Origin: Bugula neritina
Lineage: Eukaryota; Animalia; Bryozoa
DNA: 64,000 bases
Direction: 5' to 3'
NCBI GenBank assembly: GCA_964035545.1
Contig: OZ037765.1
Span: forward strand, 4,722,698 to 4,786,697
Shown here: positions 47,751-61,200 of the stretch, in pieces
Layout of the letters: the number at the start of each line of letters is the position of its first letter
Numbering within the stretch: position 1 is the first letter of the stretch
Translations under genes and position numbers: made by a program
The notes under the pieces: model-generated
Databases searched by the model: none
Told to the model about the DNA's origin: nothing
Seen by the model: only the letters and a program-made list of their open reading frames with translations

Positions 47751-50409
47751 CCGAATTCGCAATGTTGTGCTAAAGAGAGTTTCTCCATTGAGCTGCACTT
47801 TAGTATAGTTTAAAACCATCTACAGTGTTTCTTGCATTTCTTCCTGATTTGCCACTTGTCCATTATGTTTCCTGCAAGCATAGTATGTGTATTTTTTCTT
47901 CATCATCCCTGCTAACAAGTGAAGGCAATGCAGCAAACACATTAATAGCCTTTTCTTCAGACGTACTGATTATTCTTTAGCAAACTCTACTTCCAAATGT
48001 CAATCGGGGTACTGCCCATATAAGATGAATGTTTAAGTAAAGTCAAGCATTTCGGGCATATAACTTGGTAGTGATGAATTATTGTCTACACACCACCTTT
48101 TTAGCCTTTTTCCAATTCCATTAATTTTCTTCTGGCTGCTTAACCTTCCTGAGAATTACAAGGTCATTTATAAATATGATTTAAAATTTCTGTAGTTATG
48201 CCAACCCATGAATCATAATCATCAAAGGTCGCAACAATTTGATGAGCACTGGCACAGATTTGCAAATTTGTGACAACATGCGTTCAGTTATTGCAGTGCT
48301 CGGCAAATTTAAATACATGAGATTTGGAAACTTTTTTGGAAAGCAATCATCAACCTTCCTACATAACTCAAGATAGAAATTGTTATTGGCCAAGTTCAAC
48401 GTATCAACACTTTTGCTCATCGCCTGCCAAAAGATACATACAGCTTCTTCATCTGAATCAGGAACAATGTTGATGTCTAGGATATTTGCCTAGCAGCTCT
48501 CTGTAAGCACAATGAAGAGGCCAGATGAAGTGATATTTAAAGCCCTTTGCTCACGTCTCGTAGATGTTCATACATTGGAGTTGTCTACTCTGAATATTCA
48601 ATATTTACAATCACTTTATTCCATGTTTGTTACTTTAGTAGTTGTGTGTTTTCAATTCTAGGTGCATGGTTAGAAATGGACATGAATCTCACTGAAGAGA
48701 ATTTTTCTAATTGTTACCAAATTAATACTTTGGGTGAACAAATGTATTGACTTGGATAAAGTAAAAACTCATAAATGGCATGGCTACCTCCAAACAGAAG
48801 CAACTACTGCTTTCAGTAAAACTAGGTTACCACTAGTAAACCCTAAAATTGCTTCACCCACTTGATCTGTGCCTAATTTATTTATAATTAGGACATTTAC
48901 TTGGGCCTAAAATTTTTTGAAAACACATTCACAAGTATAAAACATTAGAACAAAGTTTTCCAATTACTATTTTAGAAAACGAAGTGTCGGAAATGTTGAG
49001 TAGTTAAAACTTTTTATTAGCAAAACTGAATTTTCAGCTATAAAACTTTTTAATCAAAATTCTGAGGCTCTACACTCATAAAATAAAAATTATGATACTA
49101 AAAGAAAGCGAAAGTCTGAACCTCTGCAGCCTTCTTTTCATCAGTTCTAACACATTCATTACTTTCACTTCTTGCCCTATGCTTTTATTATTTTTGTGTT
49201 CTTCGAGAGTAATTCCTAGGCAGTAACACGGCATTCTCATCTCCCACACTAGCTTTTTTCGCAAGGTAATCGGTCACTGGCCATGTTTCAGCTTTGTACA
49301 GTAGCACCGGTCGTATCACTGTCTTGTAAATGAGCACCTTTTGTTTCTTTGGGACATTCTGGTCACATAAACATCACTGCCAATGCTTTTGTTTTCACAA
49401 TGCCTTGATGTGACTTGTGTACTTTTTTCAAAATTTCTGTTTGTTTTGACATTGGTACTATCAGCTTTGAACCAGCAAATAGAAATTCATCACAAATTCT
49501 AATTTCATTACGCCATGGCCAATATTTTCTCCGAGCAAAACTACATATCTTTGTTCACCTGCCTGGGATCTAAACTAAGTCCTATTTGATTGTTAGGCTT
49601 TTTGTCATTACAGCGGGCAAACCCAAACCTGCAGGTTCATTGCATTTTTGAATAACTTCTAACTTTTCAAGCTCACCCAAGCTCTGTTTTTAGCTTTAGT
49701 TTCACATTTATGGGAACAGGCCCACTACTGCCAACTACTGGCTTAGCCTCAGGTCTTAAGAATTTTTCAAATTTTCAAAATTTTCAAACCGAACTGAAGA
49801 ATTGCATGAAAAAAATTTGACATTGCTACATAATCCTACATTAAACATGCAGGGTCCCTCATTAACATCTGTAGTAGCATCTGGTACTTGTACAGTGTTA
49901 GTTGTAGATTTCGTTATAGCTTTAGCTCTACATACCTTAGCAAAGTGACTAAATTTACCGCATTTCTTACAGGATTTTCCATACGCTGAGCAGTGTCGCC
50001 TTTGTGACTAGACCCGCAGCTATGGCAGTTGTTCATAATATCCATTGTATGCTTTTTTGGCAGAAAATCTTTTGGAGTAATTTTTTTCTTTATCGCATCT
50101 ACATTTGCTGGTTGCTCTGGTGCAGCACTCGCAAGGTTTTTCTGTATTCTCTCTTTGGCTCTCTTGCGTCAACTGCTCTTCTGTCAGTTGCTGTAGCTCA
50201 ATTGACAGAGCCTTGTTTTTATCCCTGTCAGCAATCTATATTTAATTTTATCATTTAATCATTTACCACATTGCCAAATTCGCAATGTTGTGCTGAAGAG
50301 GGTTTCTCCATTGAACTGCACTATAGTATAGTTTAAAACCATCTACAGTGTTTCTTGCATTTCTTCCTGATTTTCCACTGGTCCATTGTGTTTCCTGCAA
50401 GCATAGTAT

Positions 50410-52248
50410 TGTTGTGATTTACACAATATTAGTGCGGGGTTCCTAGCTTGTGATTATGAGTTATTTATCCGCAGTAATAGAGGGTTTGTGGTAGGATTAG
50501 AATATATTTATTTACAGTTACATACTAAGAAAAGATAAACATAAAACATTTCAACTATTCAATTACATCCTCTCTAGTTACTAGAACGCTCTCTAATTAC
50601 AGCAAAATCCCTTCTAGTTACGCATCGCTGGGGGTTGTCACCTGACGCATCTCTAATTGGCTAGAGGACACGTGGAGGCGCGTACCGCGTGCCCTACTAC
50701 ACCGCCCCCCCAGCAGGAAGCCTACCTTCCTGATAACAACAGATAAAATAATAAAAAAATAATAAGAAAAATATAGAAGGAGATGCGTGCATGTTACATA
50801 CATAAAAATCACAATTAAAAAAAAATAGAACAAAGTATGAACAACGACACAGCGTTAACAATATCAAGAGGTACATGTAGGCCGATGGCCTATATAATCA
50901 AAATAAATTACTTGTGGACTAATGACAATTTTTATCGAGAGGTTTTATTATGGCACTGGGACACGAGATAGAAGGCCGTAAGTAAGACACCACCTGCGGC
51001 GTAGTAAGGGATAAGAGAGTAGGACGAGGAGAGAGGGAGGTTAGACACTCAGTCTTGGGCGTTTCTCTTCAGTTGAGCCACAAAGTCGCGGAGAGCCCGG
51101 AGCTCAGAGGCGGCGGCAGATATCCTAGGCGCCAGCCTTTGTACTTTTTTCTCCAACTCATGTATTCCTTGCTCTGTTTCTCTTAGATTCCTAGCAGGGA
51201 AAGAGTGGCGGTTGGGAGATGAAGATAACCAACGTCGCTTACGGGAGGGTCGAGGAGAAACGGGAGGGGAGGGACGCCACCATTGTGGTACTTCTATGCG
51301 TTGCAGCACGACTTGGGGTATGGAGTTGGGACGGGGCACTGTGTGAGCAGGGGGTGATGGACGGGGTGTGTGGGGTTTCTTAAACCTTGGGGTTGGGCAG
51401 GGTCCTTGTGTAATGACACGGGGCGCGGGGAACTCTTGGCGCAGCCGTTCATAACGGGTCGAGTCAGAGATAAATGGCCTGATGAGGTCAAGGAAATGAG
51501 GGAAAGAGGGTTTGTCGTCTTCGTAGAGATGTCCAACATGGCACGCCCTGGTCCGCTGGTGACGGAGGATGTAGTCCCTGTGGTAACTATATTTACCACA
51601 GGGACAGAAGGTGGTGACATAGTGTTGGGGGACGTGGACTCTGAGTCTGCGAGGAGTGGTAAAGTGTAACTGACACAGACGGCAGGTGGTGCATTGATCG
51701 TTGCCTTTATTTTCCTGAATGAGTGCCTCGGTATCCTTGGTAATCCAGCATGATTGAGTTAGGAGTACTTCCGGCAGCGTGACGGGGGTAGATTCCTCAT
51801 CCCAAGCCATCTCCAATGGCGGCATGTCATGAGGGAGAGGAGAGCGAGTGGTATCTAAAAGAGCAGAATTATTGTTGGATCGAGTGTGATCTTTACAGCA
51901 TAATTCTGATGACAACCGACCATTCCTAGTCTGGGAGTCATGCATCTTTTTATACGGCACTCGAAGGACTGTGTCGTGGCGTGTAGACTGACTGAGAGAC
52001 ATATTGTCAAGCTCCAGATCTAGTAGATCGTCGGCCATTGTTATGTTCTCGTCTTTCACGTAAGACTCAGTCCCCAGTAGTTGTGATTCAATCAGAGCAA
52101 TTAAATCAGAACTAGCTGATGTTAGACCCGCTTCTATAGATGGGATTGTTAGGTCAAATCAACCTTACCTGGGAACCTGGTATTTGAGATCATACTCAGC
52201 GTTCAAGCTTGGATGTTAGTGGATTGGATTTGGATACGTCTGCCCTTG
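50410..52248 (-). mobile_element. 3' portion of an LTR retrotransposon: LTR 50410-50701, PPT, extra zinc-finger ORF
   Basis: TG...CA LTR preceded on the minus strand by GCTGGGGGGGCGG; interrupts a sequence that is contiguous at ~47885. Confidence 0.75.
51049..52059 (-). CDS. Retroelement accessory ORF with two C2H2-like zinc fingers and a C-terminal coiled coil (start uncertain)
   Basis: CRLCQLHFTTPRRLRVHVPQH and CPCGKYSYHRDYILRHQRTRACH; homologous to 58798-59871. Confidence 0.7.
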   Translation of the reverse strand: MKDENITMADDLLDLELDNMSLSQSTRHDTVLRVPYKKMHDSQTRNGRLSSELCCKDHTRSNNNSALLDTTRSPLPHDMPPLEMAWDEESTPVTLPEVLLTQSCWITKDTEALIQENKGNDQCTTCRLCQLHFTTPRRLRVHVPQHYVTTFCPCGKYSYHRDYILRHQRTRACHVGHLYEDDKPSFPHFLDLIRPFISDSTRYERLRQEFPAPRVITQGPCPTPRFKKPHTPRPSPPAHTVPRPNSIPQVVLQRIEVPQWWRPSPPVSPRPSRKRRWLSSSPNRHSFPARNLRETEQGIHELEKKVQRLAPRISAAASELRALRDFVAQLKRNAQD

Positions 52249-54049
52249 GCTCTACACTCATAAAATAAAAATTATGATGCTAAAAGAAATCGGAAGTCCG
52301 AACCTCTGCAGCTTTCTTTTCATCAGTTCTAACACATTCATTACTTTCACTTCTTGCCTTATGCTTTTATTGGTCTTGTGTTCTTCGAGAGTGGTAATTC
52401 CTAGGCAGTCACACGGCATTCTCATCTCCTACACTAGCTTTTTTCGCCAGGTAATCGGTCACTGGCCATGTTTCTGCTCTGTACAGTAGCACCGGTCGTA
52501 TCATTGTCTTGTAAATGAGCACCTTTTGTTTTTTTGGGACATTCTGGTCACATAAACATCACTGTCTATGCCAATGCTTTTGTTTTCACAATGCCTTGAT
52601 GTGACTTGTGTATTTTTTGCAAAATTTCTGTTTGTTTTGACCTTGATATTATCAGCTTTGAACCAGCAAATAGAAATTCATCACAAATTCCAATTATATT
52701 ACACCATGGCCAATATTTTCTTCGAGCAAAACTACAAGATTTTTCATCTGGACGCCATCTATTAATTACCATCAGTTTGAGTGCCTGTAATTCTCTGTCT
52801 CTTAAAACTGCTTGTTTGTATTCTGCTTTAGCTCTATCAGAACAAAATATGACTTCAGGCAAGTTTTTCATAGGAAGAAATTCAGCAACATTTACAAATG
52901 TCCCTACATTGGGTTAGGATGCTTTACTTAACATATCTTTGTTCACCCTTCAACTGGTTATAACAGTCTTGAGAAAGAAAAATACCAGAAATATCGAGGA
53001 CTTCTACGTCATTTAAATTTTCTTCGATAGTGCCCAACCATGAATCATAGTAGCACTGGTCGTATTACTGTCTTGTAAATGAGCACCTTTTGTTTTTTTG
53101 GGACATTCTGGTCACATAAACATCACTGTCTATGCTTTTGTTTTCACAATGCCTTGATGTGACTTGTGTACTTTTTTCAAAATTTTTGTTTGTTTTGACA
53201 TTGGTACTGTCAGCTTTGAACCAGCAAATAGAAATTCATCACAAATTCTAATTTCATTACGCCATGGCCAATATTTTCTCCGAGCAAAACTACATATCTT
53301 TGTTCACCTGCCTGGGATCTAAACTAAGTCCTATTTGATTGTTAGGCTTTTTGTCATTACAGCGGGCAAACCCAAACCTGCAGGTTCATTGCATTTTTGA
53401 ATAACTTCTAACTTTTCAAGCTCACCCAAGCTCTGTTTTTAGCTTTAGTTTCACATTTATGGGAACAGGCCCACTACTGCCAACTACTGGCTTAGCCTCA
53501 GATCTTAAGAATTTTTCAAATTTTCAAAATTTTCAAACCGAACTGAAAAATTGCATGAAAAAAATTTAACATTGCTACATAATCCTACATTAAACATGCA
53601 GGGTCCCTCATTAACATCTGTAGTAGCATCTGGTACTTGTACAGTGTTAGTTGTAGATTTCGTTATAGCTTTAGATCTACATACCTTAGCAAAGTGACTA
53701 AATTTACCGCATTTGTTACAGGATTTTCCATACGCTGAGCAGTGTCTCCTGCTGTGACTAGACCCGCAGCTATGGCAGTTGTTCAAAATATCCATTGTAT
53801 GCTTTTTTGGCAGAAAATCTTTTGGAGTAATTTTTTTCTTTATCGCATCTACATTTGCTGGTTGCTCTGGTGCAGCACTCGCAAGGTTTCTCTGTATTAT
53901 CTCTTTGGCTCTCTTGCGTCAACTGCTCTTCTGTCAGTTGCTGTAGCTCAATTGACAGAGCCTTGTTTTTATCCCTGTCAGCAATCTATATTTAATGTTA
54001 TCATTTACCACATTGCCAAATTCGCAATGTTGTGCTGAAGAGGGTTTCT

Positions 54050-54175
54050 CCATTGAACTGCACTATAGTATAGTTTAAAAACATCTACAGTGTTTCTTGC
54101 ATTTCTTCCTGATTTGCCACTTGTCCATTGTGTTTCCTGCAAGCATAGTATGTGTATTTTTTCTTCATCATACCT
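54050..54175 (-). mobile_element. LINE AP-endonuclease fragment (also ~47780-47910, 50300-50409)
   Basis: KIHILCLQETQW..GKS..AR...FKLYYS. Confidence 0.65.
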
Positions 54176-55052
54176 GCTAACAAGTGAAGGCAATGCAGCA
54201 ACCAAATCAATAGCCTTTTCTTCAGACGTGCTGATTATTCTTAAGCAAACTCTACTTCGAAATGTCAATCGAGGTACTGCCCATATAAGATGAATGTTTA
54301 AGTAAAGTCAAGCATCTCGGGCATATAACTTGGTAGTGATGAATTATTGTTTACACACCATCTTCTTAGCCTTTTTCCAATTCCATTAATTTTCTTCTGG
54401 CTGCTTAACCTTCTTGAGAATTACAAGGCCATTTATAAATATGATTTAAACTTTCTGTAGTTATGCCAACCCATGAATCATAATCATCAAAGGTCGCAAC
54501 AATTTGATGAGTGCTGGCGCAGATGTGCAAATTTGTGACAACATGCGTTCACTTATTGCAGTGCTTGGCAAATTTAAATACCTGAGATTTGGAAACTCTT
54601 TTGGACAGCGACAGCTCACGTTCATACATTGGAGTTGTCTACTCTGAATGTTCAGTATTCACAATCACTTTATTCCATGTTTGTTACTTTAGTAGTTGTG
54701 TGTTTTCAATTCTAGGTGCATGGTTAGAGATGGACATGAATCTCACTAAAGAGAATTTTTCTAATTGTTACCAAATTAATACTTTGGGTGAACAAATGTA
54801 TTGACTTGGATAAAGTAAAAACTCATAAATGGCATGGCTACCTCCAAACAGAAGCAACTACTGCTTTCAGTAAAACTAGGTTACCACTAGTAAACCCTAA
54901 AATTGCTTCACCCACTTGATCTGTGCCTAATTTATTTATAATTATGACAATATCTTGGGCCTAAAATTTTTTGAAAACATTCACTAGTACAAAACATTAG
55001 AACAAAGTTTTCCAATTACTATTTTAGAAACCGAAGTGTCGGAAATGTTGAG

Positions 55053-55058
55053 TAGGTA
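55053..55058. other. Transposon excision footprint TA-GG-TA
   Basis: Same site is TA at 49001 and TA-[element ending ...CGG]-TA at 43636-45357. Confidence 0.75.
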
Positions 55059-56175
55059 GTTAAAACTTTTTATTAGTAAAACTGAATTTTCAGCTATAAA
55101 ACTTTTTAATCCAAATTCTGAGGCTCTACACTCATAAAATAAAAATTATGATACTAAAAGAAATCGGAAGTCTGAACCTCTGCAGCTTTCTTTTCATCAG
55201 TTCTAACACATTCATTACTTTCACTTCTTGCCTTATGCTTTTATTGGTCTTGTGTTCTTCGAGAGTAATTCCTAGGCAGTAACACGGCATTCTCATCTCC
55301 TACACTAGCTTTTTTCGAAAGGTAGTCGGTCACTGGTCATGTTTCCAGAAATATTGAGGACTTCTACGTCATTTAAATTTTCTCCGATAGTGCCCAACCA
55401 TGAATCATAGTAGCACTGGTCGTATCACTGTCTTGTAAATGAGCATCTTTTGTTTTTTGGGACATTCTGGTCACATAAACATCACTGTCTATGCTTTTGT
55501 TTTCACAATGCCTTGATGTGACTTGTGTATTTTTTGCAAAATTTCTGTTTGTTTTGACATTGGTACTATCAGCTTTGAACCAGCAAATAGAAATTCATCA
55601 CAAATTTTAATTTCATTGCGCCATGGCCAATATTTTCTCTGAGCAAAACTACATGATTTTTCATCTGGACGCCATCTATTAATTACAATCAGTTTGAGTG
55701 CCTTTAATTCTCTGTCTCTTAAAACTGCTTGTTTGTATTCTGCTTTAGCTTCATCAGAACAAAATATGACTTCAGGCAAATTTTCCATAGGAAGAAATTC
55801 GGCAAAATTTACAAATGTCCCTACATTGGGTTAGGATGCTTTACTTAGCATATCTTTGTTCACCTGCCTGGGATCTAAACTAAGTCCTATTTGATTGTTA
55901 AGCTCTTTGTCATTACAGCTGGTAAACCCAAACCTGCAGGTTCATTGCATTTTTGAATAATTTCTAACTTTTCAAGCTCACCTAAGCTCTGTTTTTAGCT
56001 TTAGTTTTACATTCATGGGAACAGGCCCACTACTGCCAACTACTGGCTTAGCCTCAGGTCTTAACAATTTTTCAATTTTTTCAAACCGAACTGAAGAATT
56101 GCATGAAAAAAAGTTTAACATTGCTACATAATCCTACATTAAACTTGCAGGGTCCCTCATTAACATCTGTAGTAG

Positions 56176-57212
56176 TGTAGTGAATTTCCCAATTCACTAT
56201 ATTATGTGTGGGTCAACTTAAACAAAGCCACTACACCAGGTTGTTTACGCTAAGATAAGTTTATTATTTACAAGATACAAGAAGTTTTATTTACTGCTAA
56301 CATGAATAGAAACGATTACATAATTAGTGAGCTTTATACACAACTACTCTGAATGAAGTCCCAAGCTGCTCTCCTGGCTAGCTACTCAGCGCGCTTCCAC
56401 TAGGAGTAGCTAGCTCCACCTGCTATCAATTAGTATGTCAGTCCTGATTGGTCGTTACTAGTGGTGCCACTGCTGGCCATAGCTACAAGCCGATGTAGTT
56501 GAACTCCACAATAGTATATAATATAGAGTCGGCCCCTTTCGATTAATACTAACATAAATTACACCACTGAAATCCATTACACTCTCCACACCTATCGAAA
56601 GGTACACTCTATGATTAATACTTGTATGACAAAAATAAAATAAAATAAAAGACCAAAAAGCAATCAACAGGAATAAGAGAACACAAAATAATGTATTCAA
56701 AATGACTTCATATTAACAAAATGATCGATCCGGGTCCGTCACAGGGTAGGGTATCTTCCACCACATAATGTAAGACAGCATGAACTTAGTGGGGGAAGAG
56801 ATGTACTGTCTCGCACTCACATAGTCAGAACCAAGCAATGGGTGGTCGAGAAGCCCCCAGACGAATCAAGCGTGGCAATGGAATCTCTCCAAAGGGGAGA
56901 GAAGAAAGGGGGGGAGTACGAAGGAATCTCCCCAAACGGGGGGGGGAGATTGGAAAGGGGGGTTGACTGGTCTCTTTCTAGGGGGTTGTGTCGAATACCC
57001 ATATCCACACTCATCGCCGTCGAATTCCTAAAGGGGGGGGGGAAGTGAAGACTTCTTCATCTTGACTTTTATATTTAAGTATTAACTTCATGCAGGAATC
57101 TTTAATATTACTTGTTACTTCTTTCTATATTATACTGTTTTATTATTATGATGTCGCTACGGGCGAGAAAAGAGAGGAACTACTATGTCTAATTTTGTTC
57201 TTCTTGTAGTAT
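56176..57212. mobile_element. Unclassified insertion, probably an LTR-element end
   Basis: Starts with TGTAGTG exactly where the repeated gypsy fragment is interrupted; G-rich internal sequence; boundaries unclear. Confidence 0.35.
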
Positions 57213-57499
57213 TACATGATTTTCCATACGCTGAGCAGTGTCTCCTTCGGTGACTAGACCCGCAGCTATGGCAGTTGTTTATAATATCCATTGTTTGCTT
57301 TTTAAGCTGAAAATTGTTTGAGTATTTTTTTTTCTTTACTGCAACTACATCTGCTGGTTGCTCTGGTGCAGCACTCGCAAGGTTTCCCTGTATTATCTCT
57401 TTGGCTCTCTTGCGTCAACTGCTCTTCTGTCCGTTGCTGTAGCTCAAATGACCGAGCCTTGTCCTTCATCCCTGTCAGCAATCTATATTTAATATTATA

Positions 57500-58225
57500 G
57501 ATTGATTGATTTTATTTCTATCACTAACATGATATATGGCTTAAAAATAGGAGTAAAAATCTATAAGGCTGGAAGTCAATTACCAAAAATTATTATACAA
57601 GTCTATTTAGCTTGAGTGCTGCCTGGCGTATAAAAGAGTCTCTGCCCCATGTGCTTCTGTATTTAATAGTACGATGTCGTCCTGTTGGGCACTTTTCAAG
57701 AAAGTCATTTAGAAAATGATTGTCATCATGTATATACTGTAGTGGCAAGGTTTTAGTTCTGACATCTATTAAATTGTCGATATCCCCAAGATCTTTGATG
57801 CTTAGGTTGAGTGCCTCTTTAAAAAAGTGTCGGAGTTGCTTTTTATCTTTAGCATACAGGGAGGTGTAAAGAATGGGCAGACAGTAAGTAAGAAGGGAGA
57901 TAATAAAACTTTTAAATAGCATACTAGCCAGGGTGGTTGAATTAAGGTAAACAAAATTTCTAACAATATACATTCTTTGAGTAGCTTTTGTTGCCACAGA
58001 GTTAATGTGCTCTTCAAAACGAAGGTGTTGTTGGATTTTCTGAGAAGAGTTTTGTTTTGACCTTTTTATTTCCTTCGAGATTTTATTTTTCAGTTTATGA
58101 TGGAGTTTTCGATTTCCATTTGCATGTGCATTTTGTTTCTCATCTATCATTTCCTTGATTTGCTTAGTAATCCATGGCTTCTCATTAAGTTTTCTTTTGA
58201 AAGTTTTAGTTTGAATGCATTATAG
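57500..58225 (-). mobile_element. Internally deleted CR1/L2-like LINE 3' end
   Basis: PWITKQI, then LRFEEHINSV..KATQRMY..FKSFIISLLTYC; ends in AATAAA plus (ATCA)n tail. Confidence 0.7.
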
Positions 58226-61200
58226 TGTTATGATTTCCAGAATTAGGGTCGATGTGCAACCAAGAGAGTCTATTTATTACTAGAGAAACTTCACCGTGAT
58301 AAGTCGAGTAGATATCGTTATATTTTAATACAAGAATACATAATAAAACTAGTATACAACAGTTAATAATACGCACGTCTATTTAATTTACAGCACTATC
58401 CTCAACTGAGCTAGTAGCGCGAAGCTGCTACTATTACTCATAAACAGCCTAGCTAATTGGATAATACATTGTTCCGGGTCAATACGCAACCTTGCGTATT
58501 GTGTTGCTGGTAGCTCCACGAGCCACCACACTGCCCCCTCCAGCAGAAAGCCCTCTTTCTGATAAAAATATAATTCACATAAAAAAACGTATACTTCGTT
58601 GTGGAGAGAGAGAACAGTATAAAAGTATATACAAAAAAAAACAACCGATAAAATATACAGGTATATATATAAAACGTGCACAATATGTAAGTGTAAGAGA
58701 AAGTCCTATTTACATGTAGAGTACGTGCCACCATAACGGTAGGGAATGCCACAGAGAGGTAGGGGAAGAGTAGTATGGAGTTGGAGATAGACTCATGTTA
58801 ACTGCGGGCCGCCCGCTTCATGCGTTTAATAGACTCCTGTAGATATTTGAGTTCACTGGATGCAGCCTGCACCCGCGGGGCCAGTCTGTACACTTCTTGC
58901 TCTAGGTCGTGTGCCCTAGCTTCTACTTCGCGTAGGTTGCGGGCCAGGGGGGACGAACGAGAGGAAGTCTGCTGTCTGTGCCTTTTCCGTTCGGAGGATG
59001 GAAGTGGAGGAGGGAGTGTATACGCCTTCATGTCTACCCTCTGTAGTACGACACGGGGGAATGTATGCGAGTGGCGTAGAGGACTGTGAGGTGGAGAGTC
59101 AGTTGATTGTATAGGTTTATCTGTGGCTACAGAGATGATGGGTCGCGGGGAGGGAAAGCCTTGCTCCAGGCGAGACAGCCGAGCTGGGTCGGTGATGAGG
59201 GGTTTGATGGCGTTGAGAAATGCGGGATATGATGATTCGTCTACTTCATAGACATGTCCTTGAAAACACTGCATAGTTCGTTGGTGACGCAGTAGGTAAT
59301 CACGATTGTAACTATATTCTCCGCAGGGGCAGAACGTGGTGATGTAATGCTGCGGCAAGTGTACTTTCAGCCTGCGGTGGGTTGTAAATCGCTGCTGGCA
59401 GAGGTTGCATTCGCGGTTACCATCACCTCCTTTATGAGTCTTAATCTCTCTCTCTGTGGCAGGGGTAATCTAGTTAGAGGTTGCTTCTAACTGGGGTGGC
59501 AGTTGCCTGGTTGTAGAAGTTGTTGGGGCCGGCTCTGGGTCCCACGCCATCTCTAGAGAAGGCATGCCCGGAGAGACGGGCGCGAGTGTGTCTACAAAAG
59601 TAGAATTATTGTTAGATCGCGGTAGATCTTTACAACATAATTCTAGTGACTGTCGACTGTTACTAGCCTGAGAGTCACAGCTTTTGGAATGCACTCGAGG
59701 AACCGATGAATCATGTGTGGACTGACCAAGAACAGTGTCTAGCTCCAGGTCTAACAGACCGTCGGCCATTACAGTGTCCTCATCGTCATTCACATGAAAC
59801 GTGGTTCCCAGTAATTCTGATTCAATCTGCTGAATTAGTTCAGAATTTACTGGCATCGAGCCCGTTTCCATGTATAGGAATACAAGACTTATACTGGCTT
59901 ACCTGTGAACTCGGTATTAATGTCCATACTCAACGTTCTTGGTAAGATTGGAGCTGGTTGTGAGATACGTCTGCCTTTGGCGATGTCAGCGTAAGAAAAG
60001 GCTGAGCATCGTTTCTGAGGCACGAGGTCGGAACTATTTGCTTTACGCGCATTAATTCCTCCCACTATTCCGCCCTCGCAAAAGTTGATATTTGCGTGGG
60101 GTTCACAACTCCAACATTTTATCGTACGGTTTTCCCCTAGACTTTCATGCGTGCCGCTTCTAATGCAGTCACATACGAAGTCTTTTAAATATGGTGGGGG
60201 TTTCCTCGTACGCTGTCCCCGTTCTAGGGGGGGGTGACACGCTCGCCGGTTCGTTAGTAGGGGCCTCTAATGGCGTCTCTACTTTACCGTTAGCGGTCAC
60301 TTCTTCTTGTTTTCCGGATGGAGCCCCTCCCTCCGTGGGGGTTTGCACTTCCGGAACCGGCTCGGTTTCTGGAAGTGATGGAATTAGACTTGGCGGTGGC
60401 GGACATGCTTCCGTTGGCAAAAGCTGCCGCTCCTCTCTCACCAAGTTTTCTTCCCGCGGTATGACCACTTCGTATTCAGGTCCATGCCGCCGTCGCCCGC
60501 GCGTTGTTGTCTGCCTCCTGGGCTCCAACAACGGGGGGGGGGGGGGCTTCTCCCACTGCGTCGGGGCTAGCCCAATACGGTTTCAAGCGAGACTCATTCT
60601 GGATAGACACCTGTCCTGAGCGCTCAATCTTGTACGTATGATTGGGCATAGCCTCGACGATCACGTAGGGTCCTACGAACTTAGGCTTCAGTTTATCAGC
60701 CTGTCCGCGACGCCTACGGTAATTGACCATCCACACCTTATCTCCCGTTTGGTAGAGAGGTGGTTCATCGGAATCTTCGTGCCGCACCTTCCACTGCTGT
60801 TTGCGCAGTATATCGTGTGCGGCCTTCATCCGTTCCACTAGTTCACTGGCATACTCGTGAACCGAGTTGTCTTGCTCTGGAACGTGGTAGGTGATATGGT
60901 CAGGGACACGAGTCTCTCTCCCGAGCATCAAGAGGTTTGGGGTCTCACCAGTACTGGTGTGTGGGGTGCTACGGTATGCCCGCATGACTTGCGGCAACAC
61001 CGTATCCCATTCCTCTTGGCCTCGCCCAAGGAGGAGACTCCGGAGCGCATCACCTAGCATCCGGTTGTTGCGCTCCACCACCTTGAGGGTGGTAGGGGGT
61101 GGTCCGGCTCTGATTTACTCCCCAGAGGTGGCAAAGGTCGCTCATCAGTTGAGACTGGAATTGAGCGCCTTGATCAGAGTGTATCTGTTCGGGGAGCCCA

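Larger units (their letters stand above)
43230..57497. repeat. Tandem segmental array of a composite 5-6 kb unit (approx. 43230-48598, 48599-54655, 54656-57497)
   Basis: Same order recurs: MMS19 last exon/3'UTR, RTE fragment, gypsy integrase-N, gag knuckle, RTE endonuclease, LRR fragment, MMS19 exon 12 piece. Confidence 0.85.
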
